64,000 nt of DNA from positions 558,001-622,000 of the forward strand of contig NIVC01000391.1 of NCBI GenBank assembly GCA_002269645.1. The letters run 5' to 3'. This DNA comes from Macrostomum lignano. Its lineage: Eukaryota. The translations under genes and the position numbers were made by a program. The notes beneath the pieces were generated by a model. It saw only the letters and a program-made list of their open reading frames with translations. It ran no database searches and was not told the origin of the DNA. Shown here one piece after another: positions 35,801 to 46,400 of the stretch. Numbering within the stretch: position 1 is the stretch's first letter; each line of letters starts with the position of its first letter.

Positions 35801-38749
35801 TCGAATTTAGATACACTATATATGAGAATTAAAAGCCAGCACGAACCTCGATTTGCACAGTCTCGATGTTGGGCTGCTGCTGCGGCTGCTGCTTCTGCCC
35901 GGCCGTCAGGCTCCGTTTAGACGAGCTCAGCACCCGGCGCTCGCCGATCTCCACCTCCGGGAAGCCTTTGTCATAGTCCGAATCGATCCGGTCCGCCCGG
36001 GGCGTCGGCCGCGAGTCCGCCGCGTCCGCACCGCCCCAGCCGTCATCGGCTGCGGCCGCTGATGGTGACAGGTTGTGCAGCTGCTTCGGACTCGGGTGCC
36101 GGACGCCCGACTGCGACCTGCCGCCGCCGCCGCCGCTGCCGCCGCCACTGGATGGCCGCTGGCTGGAGGACGATCGACGCTGCTGCTGGGGAGCCGGCTG
36201 CTCCGCCGACGGCTTTCCACTGGCGCTGTGCGGCGGCTGCTTCTGCTGCTTCCTGGCCTGCTCCTGCTGGGCGATGGCCTGCCGGCGCTTTGCCTCGTCT
36301 TTCTCCTGCTGCGCCTTCTGGCGAGCTCGGGACAGAATCTTGCTCTGGCCTGCGGGTGTGGGACAGTTTAGAGGGCTGGCAGATAGGAGCGATGAGATCA
36401 ACAGATAGGCGATAGGGGATAAAGCGAACGCAGTGAGGGGCGGATGCGAGATCGCGGAAGTGGTTACAGAAGGGAAGAGGGCGGATGCGGTAGATTGAAA
36501 GAGGACGGATCTGACAGGGAGAGAGCGGATCAGGTAGGGGAGGGAGTGGATCTGTAAAGGGGATAGGTCTGGCAGGGTAGGGAGCGGGTCTGGCAGGGGA
36601 GGGAGCGGGTCTGGCAGGGGAGGGAGCGGGTCTGGCAGGGTAGGGAGCGGGTCTGGCAGGGTAGGGAGCGGGTCTGGCAGGGGAGGGAGCGGGTCTGGCA
36701 GGGTAGGGAGCGGGTCTGACACGGGAGGGAGCGGGTCTGGCAGGGGAGGGAGCGGGTCTGACAGGGGAGGGAGCGGGTCTGGCAGGGTAGGGAGCGGGTC
36801 TGGCAGGGGAGCGAGCGGGTCTGGCAGGGTAGGGAGCGGGTTTTACAGGGGAGGGAGCGGGTCTGGCAGGGGAGGGAGCGGGTCTGACAGGGGAGGGAGC
36901 GGGTCTGACAGGGGAGGGAGCGGGTCTGGCAGGGTAGGGAGCGGGTCTGGCAGGGGAGGGAGCGGGTCTTACAGGGGAGGGAGCGGGTCTGACAGGGTAG
37001 GGAGCGGGTCTGGCAGGGGAGGGAGCGGGTCTTACAGGGGAGGGAGCGGGTCTGACAGGGTAGGGAGCGGGTTTTACAGTGGAGGGAGCGGGTCTGGCAG
37101 GGGAGGGAGCGGATATGATAGGGGGGAGCAGATGTGGCAAAGAAGGCAGCGGATCTGGCATAGGAGAGAGATAAACCATAGAGTGAGCATAGAGGGTTAA
37201 GATTCACTGATACAGTGCCGGATGCACACACAAAAGGATGGGGAGCAGCACACAAATATGAAGCGATGAAATTTGCCCCGACAAAGCCTCATACCTCCAG
37301 AGTTCTGACTCTTCAGCTTGATCTGTTTCTCCCGTTCGATATTCTGCGAAGCGCTTAACGGCTGGGTGAACTTGCTGCGCATCTGGATGGTGGCATCGTC
37401 CACATCGATGCCGTCGACCACCCATTCGTGCCTGAGCAGCTCCGGCCAGTTCAGCCGCTTTCGCGGATCTTTCTGCAGCAGGCCCTGCAAGAAGCTCCGA
37501 CAGCCCGCAGACATGGTGGACGGCCAGTGGATGGATTCGTTGACCACCTTGCGAACAAGCTGAAAGAGGAATGAAAGAAAATTTAGAAATCTGTTTATTC
37601 AACTTCAGTGACAATTTAATGGCAATCCACAAAAAAGGTAAACGGCAGGATTAACTATGCACGCTTCTACAACACAATACCCCTCGTCATCCAATTAGTG
37701 ATTCTACAAAGAGCTTATTAGCAAACTAACCCAGCCAAGCTCACCTCGATAATGTTGTTAGTAGAGAACGGCGGGCTTCCGGTAAGCAATTCGTAAAGAA
37801 TGCAGCCCAAGGCCCACAAGTCCGCAGAGTGATCGTATGGCTTCTCCTCCATGAGCTCGGGCGACATGTACAGCGGCGTGCCCTTGATGCTGGTCAGCAC
37901 CATCGTGTTTATGCCCATGCTGCGGGCGAATCCGAAGTCGCACAGCTTCACTGCGCCATTATTGCCAAGCAGGATGTTTTGCGGCTTCATGTCTCGGTGC
38001 AGGATGCTGTGAGCGTGCAGGTAATAGAGGGCCGACACCAGCTGGCAGGCGATGCTGCGGACCTGAGATAAGGTCGAGTGACGGGGTGAGTGAGTGAGTG
38101 AGTGAGTGAGTGACCAAACTGGTGAATGAGTAGGTAAGTGAGTAAGTGAGTGAGTGATTGAGTATTTGAGTGACTAAATTCATGAATGAGTGAGTGGGTG
38201 AATGGATGAGTGAGTCAGCGAGTGAGTGAGTGACAAATTGGTGAATGAGTGGGTGACTGAGTGAGTTAACGAGTGAGTGTCTAAATGAGTGAACGAGTGA
38301 GTGACTAAATGAGTGAACGAGTGAGTATGAGTGACTAAAGTAATTAGTGAATGTGAGTGAATCAGCGGTGAGTGAGTGACTAACTGACAGAAAGCGCTCA
38401 CAATTTCCTCTGGCAGCTGCATGTCATCCTCCAGGATCTGCAGCAGCTCGCCGTGCGCGTACTCGGTGACCGCCACCACCTCCTTCTCGGTCTCGAAAGT
38501 GTCCAGCATTCGCACAATGTTCTGATGCTTCAGACCCTGCATGATGTCGATTTCTTTCTTGAGATTTCGCAGCTCCCTGGCGCTCTTGGTGCCCTTCGGG
38601 ATGAACTTGAGCGCGACAACTTCGCTGCTGAACTTCTTGCGGCCGCGGAAGACCCGGCCGAAGCTGCCCTCGCCGATGCAGTCCATCACGTGGTAGCCGT
38701 TCACCGTGGCGACGCTGGCGGCCCCAGGGCCGGCTGAGGGACTCGACAT
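23867..38749 (-). CDS. STK36: Serine/threonine kinase 36 (Fused), 15 exons, about 1432 aa
   Basis: Exons: 38749-38402, 38062-37745, 37559-37295, 36349-35847, 34597-34374, 34302-34078, 33090-32985, 32851-32695, 31617-31274, 30504-30383 (alternative acceptor 30477), 29078-28491, 26721-26602, 25327-25168, 25005-24799, 24478-23867 (4299 nt). Kinase motifs [18 protein letters not shown] and the Fused-type DFGFARSM...[24 protein letters not shown] and C-terminal ARM/HEAT-like repeats are present. Confidence 0.95.
24530..24725. repeat. 27-bp minisatellite (cagtcacgtgactatgtaagcagattt), STK36 last intron
   Basis: Direct reading. Confidence 0.92.
25380..26595. repeat. 35-bp minisatellite (gatgtcagcagcagtgatcccacacccagtctgca), STK36 intron
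   Basis: About 35 copies. Confidence 0.97.
27255..28250. repeat. 20-bp minisatellite (ggtcttaggatggaatgatt), STK36 intron
   Basis: About 50 copies. Confidence 0.96.
29165..30245. repeat. Compound 19-22-bp minisatellite (ggtatggggtctttgggac / ggatggtatggggtccttcg), STK36 intron
   Basis: Direct reading. Confidence 0.95.
30640..31200. repeat. ~36-bp minisatellite (gagattttgagaccctacaaaatgaggatctcatat), STK36 intron
   Basis: Direct reading. Confidence 0.9.
31765..32580. repeat. 30-bp pyrimidine-rich minisatellite (ctcccttgtcactctctcctttatcaccct), STK36 intron
   Basis: Direct reading. Confidence 0.93.
33135..34045. repeat. 35-bp minisatellite (gcagattctgtcactgaccaa(t/c)cagagagcaacag), STK36 intron
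   Basis: Direct reading. Confidence 0.95.
34735..35760. repeat. 33-bp minisatellite (gttggttgctaaggagaactatgaatcttgtag), STK36 intron 4
   Basis: Direct reading. Confidence 0.93.
36565..37110. repeat. 21-bp minisatellite (ggtctggcaggggagggagcg), STK36 intron 3
   Basis: Direct reading. Confidence 0.95.
38078..38385. repeat. Degenerate (TGAG)n microsatellite, STK36 intron 1
   Basis: Direct reading. Confidence 0.88.
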
Positions 38750-38812
38750 GCCGCCGTCCAATGGGAGAGCATGCAAATTGCAGTGATCAGTGAATTCTCA
38801 TTTTGAACGGGG

Positions 38813-38824
38813 TGCGCGTGCGCA
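38813..38824. promoter_or_regulatory. NRF1/ewg-type site upstream of the STK36 ATG
   Basis: TGCGCACGCGCA on the minus strand matches YGCGCAYGCGCR about 65 nt upstream of ATG 38749, and no AG acceptor lies near that ATG. This suggests STK36 has its own promoter. Confidence 0.4.
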
Positions 38825-38879
38825 ACGCCTACTGATAAAAGTAGAAAGGCATGAAAATAAAGATAAAACGATCCTGATT

Positions 38880-39200
38880 CAGCTAAACTTCTTCTTATCT
38901 AGCTAATATCAGGATGGTCTAGTTAATCTCATCATAATCTGGCTAATCTCATCCTGATCTAGCTAATCTCATCCTGATTTAGCTAATCTCATCCTGATTT
39001 AGCTAATCTCATCCTGATCTAGCTAATCTCACCCTGATCTAGCTAATCTCACCCTGATCTAGCTAATCTCATCCTGATCTAGCTAATCCCATCCTGATCT
39101 AGCTAATCTCATCCTGATCTAGCTAATCTTATCCTGATCTAGCTAATCTCACCCTGATATAGCTAATCCCACCCTGATCTAGCTAATCTCAGCTAGATCT
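38880..39200. repeat. 20-bp minisatellite (atctagctaatctcatcctg) upstream of STK36
   Basis: Direct reading. Confidence 0.92.
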
Positions 39201-39552
39201 ATAGATTGTTATCAAATCCTAGTTAGAGAAAGCAAATAAAACGAGAGCAAACTGATAACAAAATATTATATTTGAAAATCGCAAACCAGGGCCACAGACT
39301 GACAGCTGGATATGCGCAATAAATCAATGTGTAATTCCGCTCCGAACTTATCATCAAATTGTGAATCAGTGTAATTGGCAACACGAGGATTAGTATAACT
39401 AAGTATAGACATATAATTAAGTATAGATAAGGAAATTGTTTAGAATTTGACTCCAATTGTACAATAATTAAACGAGTGCATCATGTTAATTACTGGGATA
39501 GTTATATTATTGAATTTAGAATTACAAATGAGTACGTTACTTAAAATATTCA

Positions 39553-39800
39553 TCTACAGACTGGGATCATAGATCTACAGACTGGGATCATAGATCTACA
39601 GACTGGGATCATAGATCTACAGACTGGGATCATAGATCTACAGACTGGGATCATAGATCTACAGACTGGGATCATAGATCTACAGACTGGGATCATAGAT
39701 CTACAGACTGGGATTATAGATCTACAGACTGGGATTATAGATCTACAGACTACGATTATAGATCTACAGACTAGGATCATAGATCTACAGACTGGGGTTA
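39553..39800. repeat. 21-bp minisatellite (atagatctacagactgggatc) in the ATP8A-STK36 spacer
   Basis: Direct reading. Confidence 0.93.
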
Positions 39801-40473
39801 TAAATCTAAAGTAGGCGAACAGGAATATAATTTTCAGTACAATAACCGTCAAATATAACTGGAATAAAACAATAAATAACTGAAACTGACCACAAACAAC
39901 TATTACAAAGTTCTGGCCTCATAAAACAATAAACTGTATAATGAGGAGAGCTCCATAGCCGGTAATATACGGGAATGCATATAGAACAAACATTAAACAC
40001 CCAATAACCGACTGGCTTGGATGCAGTGAGAACTGAAGAGGTAAATATCTGAGTAGGATAGCATACAGCAACTGAGAACATGGTAATGAGCATTGAAGCA
40101 AAGAGTATCACAAAAATCATGTAAAAATATAATTAGGAATAAGAATATAACGTTATATAAAAGTTATAATTAAGAGCACAAATTAATTTTGTTAATCTTG
40201 CGACAGACCGAACCAAAAATAAAATAATTCTTGTGCACTTCATAAACAGTTTATATAAATCATATCAACAGGTGTGAATTCCATTATAACTTGTTGAGAA
40301 TGTGTTCGGTCTGAACATTTCAAGATGCATACATAATAAGTACTACATAATAACTGACTATTTATCGCAATGGAACACCAACAAAAACCAACTGATTAGC
40401 AAATTGGGACAAAAATATTAGCATTGGAATTGACCAGTAAGTACAGATTGTACTTTGTAACAGACATTTTTTA

Positions 40474-43400
40474 TCACTCGGCATCTGAGCCTCGCTGCGG
40501 GCAGGTGGACTTCAGCAGGTCGGCCGGGGACACGGTCGGATGATCGTCGCACGAGAAGGCGTAGCCGGAGCCTGGGGGCGGCGGTGGTGGGTGAGCATGA
40601 GCTGGGGTGGGGCCTGAGTCTGGGCTTACCCTGAGCTGAGATTGTTTTATGCGATGGAGTTCAGGAACCTCACCCTATAGATTGAGATGGAATTCAGGAA
40701 TCTCACCCAATACATTGAGATAGAATTCGGGAATCTCACCCTATAGATTGAGATGGAATTCAGGAATCTCACCCTATACATTGAGATGGAATTCAGGAAT
40801 CTCACCCTATACATTGAGATAGAATTCGGGAATCTCACCCTATAGATTGAGATGGAATTCAGGAATCTCACCCTATACATTGAGATAGAATTCAGGAATC
40901 TCACCCTATAGATTGAGATGGAATTCAGGAATCTCACCCTATACATTGAGATGGAATTCAGGAATCTCACCCTATAGATTCAGATGGAATTCAGGAATCT
41001 CACCCTATACATTGAGATGGAATTCAGGAATCTCACCCTATACATTGAGATAGAATTCAGGAATCTCACCCTATACATTGAGATGGAATTCAGGAATCTC
41101 ACCCTATACATTGAGATGGAATTCAGGAATCTGACTCTATACATTGAGATAGAATTCAGGAATCTCACCCTATACATTGAGATGGAATTCAGGAATCTCA
41201 CCCTATAGATTGAGATGGAATTCAGGAATCTCACCCTATACATTGAGATGGAATTCAGGAATCTCACCCTATACATTGAGATGGAATTCAGGAATCTCAC
41301 CCTATACATTGAGATAGAATTCAGGAATCTCACCCTATACATTGAGATGGAATTCAGGAATCTCACCCTATACATTGAGATGGAATTCAGGAATCTCACC
41401 CTATACATTGAGATGGAATTCAGGAATCTCACCCTATACATTGAGATGGAATTCAGGAATCTTACCATACAGTTTGAGAATGGCATTCAGGAATCTCACC
41501 CTATAGATTGAGATGGAATTCAGGAATCTCACCCTATACATTGAGATGGAATTCAGGAATCTTACCATACAGTTTGAGAATGGCATTCAGGAATCTCACC
41601 CTATAGATTGAGATGGAATTCAGGAATCTCACCCTATACATTGAGATGGAATTCAGGAATCTTACCATACAGTTTGAGAATGGCATTCAGGAATCTCACC
41701 CTATAGATTAAGATGGAATTTAGGAATCTCACCATATACATTGAGATAGAATTCAGGAATCTCACCCTATAGATTCAGATGGAATTCAGGAATCTCACCC
41801 TACACATTGAGATAGATTTCAGGAATCTCACCCTATAGATTCAGATGGAATTCAGGAATCTCACCCTATAGATTGAGATGGAATTCAGGAATCTCACCCT
41901 ATACATTGAGATAGAATTCAGGAATCTCACCCTATAGATTCAGATGGAATTCAGGAATCTCACCTTATAGATTGAGAATGACATTCAGGAATCTCACCCT
42001 ATAGATTGAGATGGAATTCAGGAATCTTACCATACAGATTGAGAATGGCATTCAGGAATCTCACCCTATAGATTGAGATGGAATTCAGGAATCTCACCCT
42101 ATAGATTGAGAATGGCATTCAGGAATCTCACTCTATACATTGAGATGGAATTCAGGAATCTCACCCTATACATTGAGATGGAATTCAGGAATCTGACTCT
42201 ATACATTGAGATAGAATTCAGGAATCTCACCGTATAGATTGAGAATGGCATTCAGGAATCTCACCCTATAGATTGAGATGAAATTCAGGAATCTCACCCT
42301 ATAGATTGAGATGGAATTCAGGAATCTGACTCTATACATTGAGATAGAATTCAGGAATCTCACCCTATACATTGAGATGGAATTCAGGAATCTCACCCTA
42401 TAGATTGAGATGGAATTCAGGAATCTCACCCTATACATTGAGATGGAATTCAGGAATCTCACCCTATACATTGAGATGGAATTCAGGAATCTCACCCTAT
42501 AGATTGAGATAGAATTCAGGAATCTCACCCTATACATTGAGATGGAATTCAGGAATCTCACCCTATACATTGAGATGGAATTCAGGAATCTCACCCTATA
42601 CATTGAGATGGAATTCAGGAATCTCACCCTATACATTGAGATGGAATTCAGGAATCTTACCATACAGTTTGAGAATGGCATTCAGGAATCTCACCCTATA
42701 GATTGAGATGGAATTCAGGAATCTCACCCTATACATTGAGATGGAATTCAGGAATCTTACCATACAGTTTGAGAATGGCATTCAGGAATCTCACCCTATA
42801 GATTAAGATGGAATTTAGGAATCTCACCATATACATTGAGATAGAATTCAGGAATCTCACCCTATAGATTCAGATGGAATTCAGGAATCTCACCCTACAC
42901 ATTGAGATAGATTTCAGGAATCTCACCCTATAGATTCAGATGGAATTCAGGAATCTCACCCTATACATTGAGATGGAATTCAGGAATCTCACCCTATAGA
43001 TTGAGATGAAATTCAGGAATCTCACCCTATAGATTGAGATGGAATTCAGGAATCTCACCCTATAGATTCAGATGGAATTCAGGAATCTCACCCTATACAT
43101 TGAGATGGAATTCAGGAATCTCACCCTATACATTGAGATGGAATTCAGGAATCTCACCCTATACATTGAGATAGAATTCAGGAATCTCACCCTATACATT
43201 GAGATGGAATTCAGGAATCTCACCCTATACATTGAGATGGAATTCAGGAATCTCACCCTATACATTGAGATGGAATTCAGGAATCTCACCCTATAGATTG
43301 AGATGGAATTCAGGAATCTTACCCTATACATTGAGATAGATTTCAGGAATCTCACCCTATAGATTAACAAATGGATGAGTGCAATAGCTCAATCAGAAGC

Positions 43401-46400
43401 CAACACCAAACAGCAGCAGCATTGATAACTCACGGTTGTTGGCTCCGGCCGCCATCTGGTCGATATTATCGGCAACCGATTGCGACACGGGCACGGGGGC
43501 CTTGCGCCGGAATAATGGACGGCCGAGCAGACGGACTGTCTCCGTCATCCTGCGGGACGAATGGGAAGAAGACAAGGATTTGGTTAAGCAGTGGTACGGG
43601 ATTAAGGGTAAAATCATATGGATCAAGTTGGCAGCTCGATATCTAAAGGCGATGTTGGGATCTGGGAAGCTGGGTGGGTAATTTGTTTGCAGTTTTTTTA
43701 AAAACCAAGGCAAGACATTGAAATCCAGGAGGCATGCATTATTGAACAGGCCGCTGAAAACAGACTTTGAAAAACCCATTAGTTAGAAAAGATAAGATAT
43801 GAATAGATATTAAAAAGTGTCCAGCTACTCAAGCTTCAAACGTTGGCGACGGTAACTGGAGACTTAAGTGTGTCGGCTGAAAAATTACACATCATCTACT
43901 TCAAATAGCGCTACCTTGGTGTTAAGGGCTTTTATGTAATCAGTAAGGTTCCTTGGTTGCTGAGTGAGGGTTCCCTTGGTTGCTGAGTGAGGGTTCCCTT
44001 GGTTGCTGAATCAGGATGCATTAGTTACTGAGTGAGGATTCTTTACTTGCTGAATGAGGGTTCCTTGGTTGCCGAGTAAGGATTAGTTGGTTGCTGAGTC
44101 AGGATTAGTTGGTTGCTAAGTGGGGGTTCCTTGGTTGCTGAGTCAGGATTAGTTGGTTGCTAAGTGGGGGTCCCTTGGTTGCTGAGTCAGGATTAGTTGG
44201 TTGCTAAGTGGGGGTTCCTTGGTTGCTGAGTCAGGATTAGTTGGTTGCTAAGTGGGGGTTCCTTGGTTGCTGAGTCAGGATTAGTTGGTTGCTAAGTGGA
44301 GGTTCCTTGGTTGCTGAGTCAGGATTAGTTGGTTGCTAAGTGGGGGTTCCTTGGTTGCTGAGTCAGGATTAGTTGGTTGCTAAGTGGGGGTTCCTTGGTT
44401 GCTGAGTCAGGATTAGTTGGTTGCTAAGTGGGGGTTCCTTGGTTGCTAAGTGGAGGTTCCTTGGTTGCTAAGTGGAGGTTCCTTGGTTGCTAAGTGGGGT
44501 TCCTTGGTTGCTGAGTCAGGATTAGTTGGTTGCTAAGTGGGGGTCCCTTGGTTGCTGAGTCAGTATTAGTTGGTTGCTAAGTGGGGGTCCCTTGGTTGCT
44601 GAGTCAGGATTAGTTGGTTGCTAAGCGGGGGTTCCTTAGTTGCTGAGTGAGGGTTCCTAAGTGCTGAGGGAGTAAGTTGCTGACCGATGGTCTCAAGCAT
44701 CAGAGACCTAAGCCAATTACCTCTTGTAAGTATTTCTGAGCAGCACGCTGGACGGATCCCTCTGCAGCTTCTCCATCTCCATGACCTCCTCGCGCAGAGT
44801 CTTGGCGCAGGTCCGCCTGTAGGCAGTCCAAGCCAAGTCTCTGGTCAGGGCCAGCAGCGGCGCCAGCAGCACCAGGAACCAGAAATTGGCGGAGCCGAAC
44901 AGGGCCCAGTCGAATCCCACCACCTCTGCGAAGTTCGAGCCAACATGCGGATAGAGATTGGCCGACAGGGCCACGAACCCGAAGTAGGTGGCCACGCTGC
45001 CCCAGATGGCCAGGTGAGACAGGCCGGTCCAGGCTGTGTGCTCAATGCCTGCCTTCAGTGCCACAGTCACCACGGCCAGCGAGTACACCGTGCTGCCCAG
45101 GTAGTACAGACCGGACACCTGGCCGTTGGGAAACACGGAGCCGTGCCACAGAGCCAGGGCCACGCAGCCAAATATGATGGCCGAGTGGTAAACACCTGCG
45201 GGGCAGTTGGAATGCATGACGGCTTTTAACAGGTATTCGATTCTAATCCATTCAGCGATAATCGAATCTGCCTCGCCTCTGCTTCAATCTGCCTCTCCTC
45301 TGCTTCAATCTGCCTCTCCTCTGCTTCAATCTGCTTCTCCTCTGCTCCAATCTGCCTCTCCTCTGCTTCAATCTGCCTCTCCTCTGCTTTAATCTGCCTC
45401 TCCTCTGCTTCAATCTGCCTCTCCTCTGCTTCAATCTGCCTCTCCTCTGCTTCAATCTGCTTCTCCTCTGCTCCAATCTGCCTCTCCTCTGCTTCAATCT
45501 GCCTCTCCTCTGCTTTAATCTGCCTCTCCTCTGCTTCAATCTGCCTCTCCTCTGCTTCAATCTGCTTCTCCTCTGCTCCAATCTGCCTCTCCTCTGCTTC
45601 AATCTGCCTCTCCCCTGCTTCAATCTGCCTCTCCCAAGCTTCAATCTGCCTCTCCCATGCTTCAATCTGCCTCTCCCCTGCTTCAATCTGCCTCTCCCAT
45701 GCTTCAATCTGCCTCTCCCATGCTTCAATCTGCCTCTCCCAAGCTTCAATCTGCCTCTCCCCTGCTTCAATCTGCCTCTCCCAAGCTTCAATCTGCCTCT
45801 CCCATGCTTCAATCTGCCTCTCCCATGCTTCAATCTGCCTCTCCCAAGCTTCAATCTGCCTCTCCCATGCTTCAATCTGCCTCTCCCCTGCTTCAATCTG
45901 CCTCTCCTCTGCTTCAATCTGCCTCTCAGCTGTTTCAATCTGCCTCTCCTCTGCTTCAATCTGCCTCTCCCCTGCTTCAATCTGCCTCTCCCCTGCTTCA
46001 ATCTGCCTCTCCCCTGCTTCAATCTGCCTCTCCCCTGCTTCAATCTGCCTCGCCTCTGCTTCAATCTGCCTCGCCTCTGCTTCAATCTGCCTCTCAGCTG
46101 TTTCAATCTGCCTCACCTGTCAGATCATTGAATCTGACACTGTTCCCTCACTCAATCCGTCATGTTATCAATAAGTACCGCAGCCTCCCCTCTCCAGCCA
46201 ACAGCCAAACTCACCATTAAGCATCCACAGCGCGAACACCTTGAAATTGTAGCGCCCGCTGCCCTGGTTCTCCTTGTACAGCTGCGGGTAGCGCATGCAG
46301 TTCTCCTGCGAGCAGGACCGGTCAAAGATGCCCAGGGCGAACGGCGTGGCCCCGGTGAAGAACACATTGTACAGACCCTGGGTCCACTTCTCGAACATGA

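Noticed and set aside
12305-43365. CRISPR-like arrays (24-35-bp repeats)
   Set aside because: Units are head-to-tail with no unique spacers, there are no cas genes, and the context is eukaryotic introns.
46111-46122. tgacag|gtgagg recursive splice site in an ATP8A intron
   Set aside because: No polypyrimidine tract upstream and the intron is only about 1 kb; weak as a single instance.
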